This document shows, one piece after another, positions 8,702 through 18,463 of a stretch of 32,000 bases of DNA. The position numbers and the translations under genes were made by a program. The notes beneath the pieces are model-generated. The model was not told the origin of the DNA and searched no databases. It was given only the letters and a program-made list of their open reading frames with translations. The stretch's first letter is position 1. Each line of letters begins with the position of its first letter. Origin of the DNA: Polynucleobacter necessarius (GTDB lineage Bacteria > Pseudomonadota > Gammaproteobacteria > Burkholderiales > Burkholderiaceae); NCBI RefSeq assembly GCF_900095195.1, contig NZ_LT606950.1, forward strand, positions 907,207 to 939,206, read 5' to 3'.

Positions 8702-9555
8702 ATGGATCATTTAAAAAACCTGGCCGTAGCTTTGGCTGCTGTAATCGCTTGCTCTAGCACCCCGGTAGTAATGGCTCAAAGCAACCCTGCAAATCCAGAA
8801 GCAATTTATGGGCAAGGTAAGCGTAGCTTCACCCTTGCTACGGGCAGTCCAGGTGAGCTTGGCTTGCTTCAACATTAGGTGAAGCCTTTGATAAACAAGA
8901 AGGTGCAAGACTCATCTGGATTAAAGCTGGCAGTGGTGTCTCGTTAAACCTCTTGAAGACTGGTAAAGTCGACATGATTGTTCATGCTCCGGATGCTGTT
9001 AACAAGGCTTTGGCTGAGGGATGGGCAACGAACCGAACCCTAATTGGTTCGAATGAGTTTTACATCGTAGGCCCTAAGAGCGATCCTGAAAACATCAAGT
9101 CAGCTACTAGCGGTGCTGATGCATATTCGAAAATTGCCAAAGCACAAGATAAATTTATATCTCGAGGTGATAAGTCAGGTACGCATCAAAAAGAAATGGA
9201 TATTTGGAAGAAGGCTGGCATCAATCCTGAAGGAAATTGGTACATCGTCACAAACGATTTCATGACCGCATCACTCAAGCGCGCAAATACTGAAAATGCG
9301 TACTTCATGACCGATAGCAGCACTTGGGTGTCAGAAAAAGTGCAGATACTGTATCGAGGCGATTAATTCTTAGTCAACACCTACGATGCCTTGGCGGCGC
9401 CAGATGGAGCGACTGCAAATCGCGATATCGCAGTGAAATTCATTCTATTTGTCGCCTCTGATGAAGGCCAAGCAATTATTCGCAATTATGGAAAGTCTAA
9501 ATATAGAGAGCCTCTCTATAATGACGCTATCTATGCCAAGCAATACGTTCATTAG
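8702..9555 (+). pseudogene. TupA-paralogous PBP-like substrate-binding protein, frameshift plus in-frame TAA
   Basis: A signal peptide (MDHLKNLAVALAAVIACSSTPVVMAQS) and ..LATGSPGELGLLQ occupy one frame. A shift at ~8870 leads to TLGEAFDKQEGARLIWIKAGSGVSLNLLKTGKVDMIVHAPD..FYIVGPKSDP..FISRGDKSGTH. An in-frame TAA at 9364..9366 (RGD*FLVNTYDALAAP) follows, and the gene stops at 9553..9555. Confidence 0.8.
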
Positions 9556-9563
9556 GAGAAATC

Positions 9564-9789
9564 ATGGAACTCAAAGTCAAGCTCAGCGCCCGCAACACCC
9601 TCAATGGCAAAGTTGTTGAACACAAGATGGGTCAAACCACGTCACACGTAAAGATAGATATTGGTGGCGGCCAAATTGTGACTGCCTCCATTACAAATGA
9701 GGCGGTTGATGAGCTCAACCTAAAAGTGGGCGATCAAGCTTGGGCAAGTGATCAAGGCGTCCGATGTCATGGTTGCCAAGAGCGCTTAA
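9564..9789 (+). pseudogene. mop: Mop/TOBE molbindin (molybdenum-pterin-binding protein), 1-nt insertion near the 3' end
   Basis: AGGAGA Shine-Dalgarno. The sequence LSARNTLNGKVVEHKMGQTTSHVKIDIGGGQIVTASITNEAVDELNLKVGDQAWA is a TOBE fold. The expected end (V)IKASDVMVAKSA* lies in the +1 frame. The span 9564..9789 is 226 nt, not a multiple of 3. Confidence 0.8.
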
Positions 9790-9814
9790 TCGGACTTACT
9801 TTCTTAAGGTAAAT

Positions 9815-9840
9815 AAAAAGCCCGCATCTGCGGGCTTTTT
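9815..9840. terminator. Bidirectional rho-independent terminator
   Basis: aaaaaGCCCGCatctGCGGGCttttt: a GC-rich 6-7 bp stem flanked by an A5 and a T5 run. It lies between the convergent mop and 9866..10447 genes. Confidence 0.85.
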
Positions 9841-9865
9841 ACTGTCTACTAGTTGTACTGGCGAC

Positions 9866-10447
9866 TTATTTCTTAGGCGTTACGAAACCAATTGCGGTGT
9901 CATCAACATACTCTACGATCACATCATCGCCAGCCTTAAATTTCTCAAGACCGAGCACTGCTGGATCCACTTTGACTTTTTGCTTCTCACCATTTGGCAT
10001 TGTGAAAGTCACGATACGCGTTTTTTGATCGATCGTTGAGATCTTGACAGTGGCATAAACAGCATCAGTTGTCTCTTCGAATGGCTTAGCAGAACCTTTA
10101 CCAGCAATCGTTACAGAACGTACACCTGATACACCAGGCTTCGCATCTTTTGGAGCTGCTGTTAAGCCTACTGCAATCGCTTGTGCATGCTCAACTAAAA
10201 ATACATCGCCCTTTTTCACTTTATCTAAGTCATTTACTGATTTAGCAACATTCATTTGCGCCAAATTGCCGTTGGCATCTTTTAATACGACAATGCGCTT
10301 CTTAGCATCTACAGAATCTACCGTTGCGCTGAGAACAACAACTTCCGCTGCCAAAGGCAACATTTTGGCTGGCATCTGTGCAAAAACTGATGATGCACAG
10401 GCGATTCCGACGACAGCAAACAAACTAGCAAGTAATGATTTCTTCAA
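9866..10447 (-). CDS. Secreted protein of unknown function with an internal tandem duplication
   Basis: Intact 193-aa ORF with signal peptide MKKSLLASLFAVVGIACASSVFAQ. Two ~60-aa modules align: ATVDSVDAKKRIVVLKDANGN..LDKVKKGDVFLVEHAQAIAVG and ATVKISTIDQKTRIVTFTMPNGE..LEKFKAGDDVIVEYVDDTAIGF. Confidence 0.6.
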   Translation of the reverse strand: MKKSLLASLFAVVGIACASSVFAQMPAKMLPLAAEVVVLSATVDSVDAKKRIVVLKDANGNLAQMNVAKSVNDLDKVKKGDVFLVEHAQAIAVGLTAAPKDAKPGVSGVRSVTIAGKGSAKPFEETTDAVYATVKISTIDQKTRIVTFTMPNGEKQKVKVDPAVLGLEKFKAGDDVIVEYVDDTAIGFVTPKK

Positions 10448-10596
10448 GATAACTCCTAAATAAGGGGGTTTGGATGAAACGACTGAGACGCCATGAGCGT
10501 CGCCTAACCATTGTAACCATGCCCAATTTCGATGGGATGGCTTATTTGTTACATTAGAGGTTGCACTTCATCCACAACCTTTGTTGATCTAACCCA

Positions 10597-11037
10597 TTGA
10601 AAAATATTGATATTTTGCTTCTATCCTGGAAAGATGCTGCCAGCGAAGCATTTTCCATTCGCAAAGCCGTCTTTATCGAAGAGCAGAATGTGCCTGAGGA
10701 ACTCGAGCTCGACGAATTCGACGCCCAAGCAATGCATGCCTTGCTTAAATTCAATAACCAATCGATTGGCACGGCAAGATTAGTCGACCTACCGAATGGA
10801 CAAGCTCAAATCGGGCGAATGGCAGTATTACCGCAGTACCGAGGTCAAGGCTTTGGCAAACAAATTCTGGTAAGAATGATCTTGGCCGCGAGGGAGAAAG
10901 GGATCACCAGTCTTATGCTGCATTCCCAAGTAAGCGCCGTCCGCTTTTATGAAAAGTTGGGATTTATTGCTCAAGGAGCGATCTATGATGAAGCGGGAAT
11001 ACCGCATCGTAATATGATGTTGGAATTACTGAAATAG
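10597..11037 (+). CDS. GNAT-family N-acetyltransferase
   Basis: Intact 146-aa ORF with a TTG start. It has the acetyl-CoA-binding motif region IGRMAVLPQYRGQGFGKQIL and ..FYEKLGF. Confidence 0.8.
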   Translation: MKNIDILLLSWKDAASEAFSIRKAVFIEEQNVPEELELDEFDAQAMHALLKFNNQSIGTARLVDLPNGQAQIGRMAVLPQYRGQGFGKQILVRMILAAREKGITSLMLHSQVSAVRFYEKLGFIAQGAIYDEAGIPHRNMMLELLK

Positions 11038-11048
11038 ACTAATTACCC

Positions 11049-11486
11049 ATGACTGCCATACCAACGAATAAGACTCCCAACGAATTTATCTACGTGCACC
11101 GTGTCTGCTACTCCGACACCGATGCGGCGGGGTTTGTATATCACGGTCGCTATCTTGAAATCTTTGAACGCAGTCGTACAGAATGGTTGGCGCAATATGA
11201 CTTGAGCCCCACAAAGCTCATCAATGAGCACAATATTGTGATGCCCGCACGCGAACTGACGATGAACTTTTATAAGCCCGGTCGCTTGGATGATATTTTG
11301 TACATAGATCAAGTGATTGAGCACCGTGGACGCACCCAGGTAACCGTCAAACAAACGGCTCAACGAAAATTACCGGATAGTGAAAAATTGCAAGTAATTG
11401 CTAGTGCAACATTGCATATTGTTTGCGCGGATACGATATCGCTAAAACCAAAGGCTTGGCCAGATTGGTTTTTTCCAGCGCAGTAG
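11049..11486 (+). CDS. YbgC/4HBT-family acyl-CoA thioesterase
   Basis: Intact 145-aa hot-dog fold ORF. Its N-terminal catalytic region VCYSDTDAAGFVYHGRYLEIFERSRTEWL is typical of YbgC-like thioesterases. Confidence 0.75.
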   Translation: MTAIPTNKTPNEFIYVHRVCYSDTDAAGFVYHGRYLEIFERSRTEWLAQYDLSPTKLINEHNIVMPARELTMNFYKPGRLDDILYIDQVIEHRGRTQVTVKQTAQRKLPDSEKLQVIASATLHIVCADTISLKPKAWPDWFFPAQ

Positions 11487-11501
11487 CTTGGAGATTAAAT
11501 C

Positions 11502-12078
11502 ATGTCAGACGGCAAACTCCTCACCTTTGTAAAAGCGCTCAGCATATTGCTGGAGCAAAAGCCCAGTGAAGAGACGATTTTTACTCAGGGCAAAAAATTT
11601 CTGGAGGATTTCGTTGCGACAGACGATTGATTGCCCGATGAATTTACGAAACCGCACCCCCATACTATCAGCAATACCTTCTGTATGCGGACCCCTTAGA
11701 TCGGTTCTCTATGGTGAGTTTTGTGTGGGGTCCAGGTCAAAAAACCCCTGTTCACAATCACACCGTATGGGGAATGGTAGGCCAATTACGCGGGGAAGAA
11801 AAAGGAACGCCCTACTTCCTCAACCTGATGGTCGTTTGATGGCTGGAGTGTCGAGCATTTCTGCGCCGGGGCATGTTGATACTGTCTCCCCTGCTACGCA
11901 TGATATCCACGTGGTTGAAAATAACTTGATTGATAAAACCTCAATCAGTATTCATGTGTATGGCGGCAATATCGGCAAAATCCAGCGCTCGGTTTTTGAT
12001 CCAGAGACAGGCGTTGAAAAATCTTTTATCTCTGGGTATGCCAATACTGTGGTTCCCAATCTTTGGAAATCGACTTAA
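11502..12078 (+). pseudogene. Cysteine-dioxygenase-like cupin (thiol dioxygenase family), nonsense codon plus two frameshifts
   Basis: GGAGA Shine-Dalgarno, then MSDGKLLTFV..FVATDD*LPDEF with an in-frame TGA at 11628..11630. The next frame reads PYYQQYLLYADPLDRFSMVSFVWGPGQKTPVHNHTVWGMVGQLRGEE. A third frame reads ..GHVDTVSPATHDIHVVEN..SISIHVYGGNIGKIQRSVFDPETG..SGYAN. Confidence 0.75.
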
Positions 12079-12152
12079 TTTGCAAATGAATCGCTTGGGT
12101 TGGGTAAAATAGAGGTTTGAGAACTCCCTTAAACTTCTTCAAGCGAAATCCA

Positions 12153-13257
12153 ATGACCACTAACCGTCGCTCCGCCTTAAAAACAATTGCAGGCGCCATT
12201 GCCCTGCCAACCCCGGGTCCAATCTCCAACGCATTTGGCCAAGCAGATCCTAATTGGACTACCTATGAAATTGTGACGGAGGTGTCTCTAGAGTCACCAA
12301 ATGGCACAGCAGAAACTTGGATTCCACTGCCTTTAGTCTTAGATACAAGTATTTCCGTACCCTTGCCATCAGACCTGAAGCGAGTGACCCAAAAGCTGTA
12401 GATCAAATTTATGTAACACCCAATAAACAAGCACGGATGCTTTGGACAAAGTGGGATCGCTCCGCCACCAACCATCAGGTGAAAGTTTCAATATTGGTTA
12501 GCACACAGAATCGTCACCTAGAAATTGCTACGCCAAACCCTGCCTTAAAACTCTCCAAAGACGAATTGGATTTTTGGACACGCGGAACCAAATACCTACC
12601 AACAGATGGCATCGTGAAAGCAAAAGCGCAAGAGTGTCTCGCTGGCTTACCGTCTAATGCCACGGATATTGACAAAGCAAAAGCCATCTATAACTAGGTA
12701 GATGGTAACACCCACCGCAACCCTAAAACGCGCGGTTGTGGCTAGGGCAATGTGAAGCTGATGCTGGAAACCAACAATCTCGGCGGTAAATGCGCAGACA
12801 TCAATGCGGTTTTTGTTGCATTAGCGCGCTCGGCCGGCATACCAGCGCGCGATGTGTATGGCATTCGTATTGCCGACTCTGCCAGAGGCTATAAGAGCTT
12901 GGGCAAAGGTGGCGCATTACCAAGGCGCAGCATTGCCGTGCTGAGTTCTATGCTTCCGGATACGGCTGGGTTCCAGTAGATCCTGCGGATGTTCGCAAAG
13001 TCATCCTAGAAGAAACTGGTGGATTGGCAGTGAATGATCCCAAATTGGCTATTTGTGACTACCTTTTTGGCAATTGGGAAATGAATTGGATGGCATATAA
13101 CTATGGCCATGACATTACCCTCCCAGGATCTGCTTTAGGAAAGAAAGGGGAAATTCCGATTTTGATGTATCCCCAAGCCGAAAATACCGAAGGTCGTTTT
13201 AACTCTTTAGATCCTGATAACTTTAAATACAAAATTACGAGTCGCCGTATTGGTTAA
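12153..13257 (+). pseudogene. Tat-exported transglutaminase-like protein, two frameshifts plus two in-frame TAG codons
   Basis: It has a twin-arginine signal (MTTNRRSALKTIAGAIAL). The transglutaminase core is GKCADINAVFVALARSAGIPARDVYG..HCRAEFY..GWVPVDPAD. Frame changes occur at ~12395 and ~12960. In-frame TAG codons lie at 12695..12697 and 12743..12745. Confidence 0.8.
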
Positions 13258-13294
13258 TTCAGTTGATCGATAAGCTTCTTCTGAGGTTGAGTCC

Positions 13295-13837
13295 ATGCGA
13301 TTGCAAAAGCCAGCAATAGACTATCTTCTAGCGCTGGCTTTCTTACTCCTGACAGTGTTTGCCGTAAACGCAAACGTACAATGGCGCCCCGCTTCCCAGG
13401 TTGGCTTAACGCAAGCGCCACCCTTGGTGCTCAACAATCTATCCGGTAAGCCGATCGATATTAGCAACTTCAAAAATAAGGTAGTGGTTGTGAACTTTTG
13501 GGCAAGCTGGTGCGAACCTTGCCGTAAAGAATTTGGTGAACTCATCGAATTGCAGGAAAAATATGGCTCCAAGGGCCTAGTAGTACTTGCCGTCAATCTT
13601 GCTGAAATGAAGCCACGTATTTTGCAATTCCTTAGAGGTAATGGTATCCCCGAAAACAGCATTGAAATCCTCATGGATCGCAACAGCACCATTTATAAAT
13701 CCTGGAAGGCCCGCGGAATACCAACAACATTCCTAATCGGAAAGACTGGCAAGGTAGAGGGCGTTTAGATCGGCGCCATTGAAAATGTCGATAGTGAAGA
13801 CGTTACTAAAAAAATTCAATCCCTTCTTCATCAGTAG
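13295..13837 (+). pseudogene. TlpA/ResA-like periplasmic thiol:disulfide oxidoreductase with a premature TAG (last ~22 codons lost)
   Basis: It has a signal anchor and the thioredoxin motif VVNFWASWCEPCRKEFGEL. An in-frame TAG lies at 13766..13768 (GKVEGV*IGAIENVDSEDVTKKIQSLLHQ*), and the natural stop appears to be 13835..13837. The truncated product could still be partly functional. Confidence 0.6.
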
Positions 13838-13874
13838 TTAGCGAATAGCTTCTCTCTTCTGATACCCTTAAGAT

Positions 13875-14945
13875 ATGACTACGCAATCCCATTCTATTGA
13901 GCCCTCTGAGCCGCGCTTAACCTCCCTATCGCATGGTGGTGGGTGTGGTTGCAAGATTGCTCCTGGCGTCCTTTCAGAAATTCTGAAAAATGTTCCGCAA
14001 TTGCCCTTCCCAAAGGAGCTCTTGATTGGCATTGAAACCTCGGATGATGCCGCTGTCTATCAAATCAATGAATCACAGGCAATTGTCGCTACAACCGATT
14101 TTTTCATGCCCATCGTCGATGACCCATTTGACTTTGGCAAAATTGCCGCAACCAATGCTATCAGCGATATCTATGCAATGGGCGGCACACCTCTATTTGC
14201 ACTCGCTTTGGTTGGAATGCCGATTAAGGTGTTATCCAATAAAACGATTGCTCGCATTTTGGAGGGTGGCGCAGAAGCATGTCGTAGTGCTGGTATTCCG
14301 ATTGCTGGTGGCCATACGATTGATTCGGTCGAGCCCATCTATGGGTTAGTCGCAATTGGTATTGTTGATCCTCAGCGCGTCAAGAGTAATGCGAGCGCAA
14401 AACCCGGAGATGTTTTGATCCTAGGAAAACCACTTGGAGTAGGTATTCTGTCGGCGGCACTCAAAAAAGATCTTCTGGGACCCGATGGCTATCAGGAAAT
14501 GATTTCAAATACCACTAAGCTCAATGCTGCCGGGCCCGATTTAGCAAAACTCCCATGCGTTCATGCTCTGACCGATGTTACCGGCTTTGGTTTAGCGGGT
14601 CACGCCTTAGAGCTTGCCCGTGGATCGAATTGCACAGCCCACATTGATTGGGATCAAGTGCCCCTACTCTCGAATGTGCAAAACCTGGCTGATGACGGCA
14701 TCATCACCGGAGCATCTGATCGTAATTGGCTTAGCTATGGTGATGACGTTGGTATTCCAGAGAGCTTTACTGTGGCACAGCGTGCATTACTTACTGATCC
14801 TCAAACCAGTGGCGGCTTATTAGTCTCTTGCAGCCCCGAAAGCGTTTTAGAAGTGCTCGATATTTTTAATCAGCATCACTTCTTAGGCGCCCGCGTGATT
14901 GGTCAGATGAGTAAACGACAGGGCAAGCCTCTCGTCGTTTCCTAA
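13875..14945 (+). CDS. selD: Selenide, water dikinase (selenophosphate synthetase), Cys-type
   Basis: Uninterrupted 356-aa ORF. The N-terminal glycine-rich loop is SLSHGGGCGCKIAPGVL. Further motifs are DDAAVY, TTDFFMPIVDDPFDFGKIAATNAISDIYAMGG and ..DPQTSGGLLV. Confidence 0.95.
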   Translation: MTTQSHSIEPSEPRLTSLSHGGGCGCKIAPGVLSEILKNVPQLPFPKELLIGIETSDDAAVYQINESQAIVATTDFFMPIVDDPFDFGKIAATNAISDIYAMGGTPLFALALVGMPIKVLSNKTIARILEGGAEACRSAGIPIAGGHTIDSVEPIYGLVAIGIVDPQRVKSNASAKPGDVLILGKPLGVGILSAALKKDLLGPDGYQEMISNTTKLNAAGPDLAKLPCVHALTDVTGFGLAGHALELARGSNCTAHIDWDQVPLLSNVQNLADDGIITGASDRNWLSYGDDVGIPESFTVAQRALLTDPQTSGGLLVSCSPESVLEVLDIFNQHHFLGARVIGQMSKRQGKPLVVS

Positions 14946-14956
14946 ATTGAATCGTT

Positions 14957-15835
14957 TTATTGAGCGTTAAATACGCTTGAGAAATCCAACTGCCCATTGC
15001 CCGCTTGCTATGGGCTTCATAAAGTTGCTCTGCCAATTTAGCCATGGGGACGCTGGCATCTAACGCTTGTGCGTTCTCGGTAGCCAAACCCATATCTTTG
15101 AGCATGAGATCGACACCAAATCCGCCGCTATAAGCCCTTGAGGCGGGAGCATTTTCATTACACCAGGGCAAGGGTTATAAAGTTCCAGCGCCCAATTGCG
15201 ACCCGAGCTTTTTGACATGATGTCTGAGAGCACTTTAGGATCTAAGCCATTCGCGATTCCTAAACGCAATGCTTCACACGTTCCAAGCATCTGAATACCC
15301 AAGAGCATGTTGTTGCACACTTTTACGGTTTGCCCTGCGCCACTTCCACCAGCATGAAAAATATTTTTGTCCATTTTCTCGAGAATCGGACGAACACACT
15401 CCACCACCGATTGCACACCTTCATCATGCAAGAATCAGGCGGTACCCGCCTGAGAGCCTGCCGTACCACCGGACACTGGTGCATCGACCATAGCAAATCC
15501 TTTTGCTTGAGCGGCATTTGCAACCGCTTGAGCGACCTTAAGAGAAATCGTCGAACAATCAATCAGGATGGATTTAGGATTGGCCGTTGCCAATAGACCG
15601 TTTTCATCCGAATACAAGCCCTCAACATGTTTTGAGGCAGGCAACATCGTAATGACAACATCGGCATTAGCAGCTGCAGCATTGGCATTCGGCGCCGCTT
15701 TACCACCAGCCGCAACAAAGGCATCGAGTTGGCTTGGCACCAAATCAAAGCCCGTGACGGCATAGCCTCTTCCTTAAGTACATTGATCCCCATTGGCAAA
15801 CCCATATTACCCAAACCAACAAATCCGATATTCAT
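14957..15835 (-). pseudogene. mmsB: 3-hydroxyisobutyrate dehydrogenase family protein, at least four frameshifts
   Basis: The pieces lie in different frames: MNIGFVGLGNMGLPMG; ..ADVVITMLPASKHVEGLY..MVDAPVSGGTAGSQAGT; ..IFHAGGSGAGQTVKVCNNMLLGIQM..; ..YSGGFGVDLMLKDMGLA..; and the tail GNGQLDFSSVFNAQ* (stop 14957..14959). Confidence 0.85.
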
Positions 15836-15845
15836 AGTGTCTCCA

Positions 15846-16118
15846 TCATGTCATTTTTCTAGATGCCAAATACTTAACGCCGTCTAGGCCATACCGCTCC
15901 GCATGCAATTCTTCAAGAGCTAATTGAAATACATCACTCTCGTTATATCTTGTTTTGATCCCATTAATCTCAATCTCAATATAACCCTCAAGAATCAGTG
16001 CCTGTACTGCAAAAGCATGCGTATGATTTGGCAGTTGGCCATTTGGAGGCTGCTGGACTTCAACAGGATGCGGAAACCCAGACTCTTGAAGTGCCTGTAG
16101 AAATCGGGGTTGATTCAT
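15846..16118 (-). CDS. Small cupin-domain protein
   Basis: Intact 90-aa ORF with a cupin metal-site-like segment (GQLPNHTHAFAVQALILEGYIEIEING). Confidence 0.6.
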   Translation of the reverse strand: MNQPRFLQALQESGFPHPVEVQQPPNGQLPNHTHAFAVQALILEGYIEIEINGIKTRYNESDVFQLALEELHAERYGLDGVKYLASRKMT

Positions 16119-16175
16119 GCGATAACTATAGCGCGGATATACACTCTTTTCATTAGCCCTATTTTGCGAGGAAAT

Positions 16176-16384
16176 ATGATCGTTAAAGTCATCGGATTAA
16201 TTGAACTAGTGGATCAAGCCGCATTTGAGCAGTATCGCAGTCAAGTTAGCCAAACGGTAGCGCAATACAAGGGTGCGATTGCTCACCGTGGCGCCGTGAC
16301 AGAAGTCTTTTGGAATGAGCTGGGATGCAAACCTTTGAGGGCTTATGTAGAACTGCACTTTCCTAGCCAAGAAGACGCACACGC
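16176..16384 (+). pseudogene. DUF1330-family protein, 5' fragment cut at the inversion breakpoint
   Basis: GAGGAA Shine-Dalgarno, then MIVKVIGLIELVDQAAFEQYRSQV..AIAHRGAVTEVFWNELGCKPLRAYVELHFPSQEDAHA. Family homology stops at ~16384. The rest of ORF 16110..16418 (RNRPKTWKMT) is antisense to rhodanese coding sequence. Confidence 0.7.
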
Positions 16385-17294
16385 CAGGAACAGACCGAAA
16401 ACCTGGAAGATGACCTGACTCATATTCCTCGGGAGTGCGAGTATCAAAGAAATAGGTGGTGCGATCGCTCTGCGATTTCCATTGATGAACATCGGCTAGA
16501 GAAGCACGCTTCACACCGGCGCGATCCGCAACATTGCGCGCCCGCTGTGCAGCAGTAACGGTGGTGTTTTGACTCACCTCTGGAAATTTGCGGGTCTGAC
16601 ATTTATCAAGCGCTTGGCCAGCAAGAGTCCAGCCGATCGTGCCATTGCGCAAAGCATTCACTTCATTCGGAATACCTGCATTAATTAGCGATTGGGTGCC
16701 GATGATGCTACGTGTTCTGCCAGCACAATTGACAATAATTTTTGTCTTGGGATTGGGCGCTAATTCAGGGAGGCGTAGTACTAATTCTACGCCAGGCACG
16801 CTAATCCCCGTCGGAATACTCGTGGTGTTGTATTCATCAAAACGGCGTACATCGACAACCACTACATCTTCTTGATCGTCGATGAGTTTTTTCACTTCCT
16901 GAGCCGATAATGAGGGGGTATGACGCTTGGACTCAACGAGTTCTCCAAAAGATTTGCTGAGAACATTCACGTCTTTAAAGACTTCACCACCCGCAGCCTT
17001 CCAGCCCTGCACGCCACCCTTAAAAACGGATACATCGGTAAAACCAAGAGCAGAGAGTCGCTGCGCGGCGAGCTCTGCATCACTTTCACCATCATCTAGA
17101 ATAACAATGGGCACCGTTTTCTTGGGTAGCTTGCCATAGGCATCGATCTCGATGCGGGAGAGCGGCAGATTGGCAGCAAATAAGGGATGCTCACGAGCGT
17201 GCGGATCCTCTTCGCGCACATCTAAGAAAGCAATCTCTTCTTTATTCAGTAGTTTATTGCGTACAAAGGAATAGTTTTTCTTAGCAATACTCAT
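16385..17294 (-). pseudogene. Multi-domain rhodanese sulfurtransferase, N-terminal ~304 codons (5' half of a gene split by inversion)
   Basis: It contains several rhodanese modules (FLDVREEDPHAREH.., VVVDVRRFDEYN.., active-site loop IIVNCAGRTRS, FFDTRTPEEYESGHLPGFRSVPG). Homology ends at ~16383. The remaining 58 codons of ORF 16206..17294 are antisense to DUF1330. Confidence 0.85.
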
Positions 17295-17318
17295 TGCTGT
17301 CTCTATGATTTAACTTTT

Positions 17319-18301
17319 TTAATCTAACTTAGCGCCGGATTTTTTAACCACTTCACTCCAGCGCGAGATTTCTTGATTGATGTAGTTTGCCAATTCCGAG
17401 CGACTCATTTTAGGTACGGTGGCGCCCATATTTGCCCAGCGCTCTTTGATGTCAGGGGAGGCAAGAGCCGCTTGCACTTCCGCACTCATCTTATCGACAA
17501 TCTCTTTTGGAGTGCCTTTGATAGCCCATATCGCGTACCAGCTTGAAACGACAAAGTCTTTCGGGCCCAGTTCTTGAGCAGTGGGAACATTTGAAAGGCA
17601 GGGCTACGCTGATTGCTAGCAACCGCAACAGCGATCAGCTGACCGCTTTTTATAAAAGGCGCTGCTCCAGCCAATGTATCAAACATCATATCGACTTGAC
17701 CCGCCACCACATCCTGTAATGCTGGACCAGTACCCCGGTATGGAATATGCGTAATGAACAATTTATTTTGCATCTTAAATAATTCGCCGGTTAGGTGTTG
17801 CGAGGTACCGTTACCGGTAGATGCATAGTTGTATTTGCCGGGATACTTGCGGATTTCTTCGATGATCGATTTAAGATCATTCTTTGGAAACTTATTGGGG
17901 TTGACTACGATGACATTAGGAATGCCACCAATAATCGCGATCGGTTCAAAATCTTTAGTAATGTCATAACTTAGATTGGTGTACATGCTCGAAGCAATTG
18001 AGTGATGCACTGCGCCAAGTAACCAGGTGTAATCGTCAGGCGCCATTTTTGCCGCAGCCGCTGCACCTACTGTGCCACCTGCGCTACCACGGTTGTCTAC
18101 TACGATGGAATCGTTCAACTGGACCGATAACTGCTTTGCCAGAGGACGCCCAAAGGCATCCACTGCTCCGCTTGGAGGAAAGGGGTTGATGAAGGTAATC
18201 GGCTTATTGGGAGACGGCCAAGCGACACTTTGGGCGCCTGCCGACAATGAGAGTAGGGTAAGAAAGCTAGCAAAAGCTAAAACCAAGCAATTTTTGCGCA
18301 T
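17319..18301 (-). pseudogene. Bug/TctC-family substrate-binding protein, frameshifted
   Basis: ORF 17486..18301 is Bug-type (ITFINPFPPSGAVD, VVDNRGSAGGTVG, ASTGNGTSQHLTGELF). At ~17590 the homology shifts frame to ..PALPNVPTAQELG..VSSWYAIWAIKGTPKEIVDKMSAEVQ..ISRWSEVVKKSGAKLD* (stop 17319..17321). Confidence 0.85.
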
Positions 18302-18463
18302 TTTTGACGTCTCCAGGGGTGTTTTGATCCTATTAAAGCATTTTGGCTGAATCAGTGCTTCTAAGAGTTATCCCTGATAAAAAGGGCTATTTCTTGTGGT
18401 TTTTATGGGGATATACTAATTTCGCTGTAGTTATGAACATTCATTTGATGATTGGGAGACGAG

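Noticed and set aside
13295-16118. A selenium-utilisation gene cluster around selD (selenoneine sen genes, selU, or YqeB/YqeC-type partners).
   Set aside because: The neighbours are a TlpA-like redoxin, mmsB and a cupin. There is no glycosyltransferase, EgtB-like, rhodanese-SelU, SelA/SelB or YqeB/YqeC-like sequence adjacent. The multi-rhodanese gene nearby lacks the SelU P-loop domain and is dead.
16206-16384. The C-terminal 58 codons of ORF 16206..17294 (VCVFLARKVQFYISPQRF..) considered as part of the rhodanese protein.
   Set aside because: Rhodanese homology stops at the inversion breakpoint. This stretch is the antisense of the DUF1330 5' fragment and remains open by chance.
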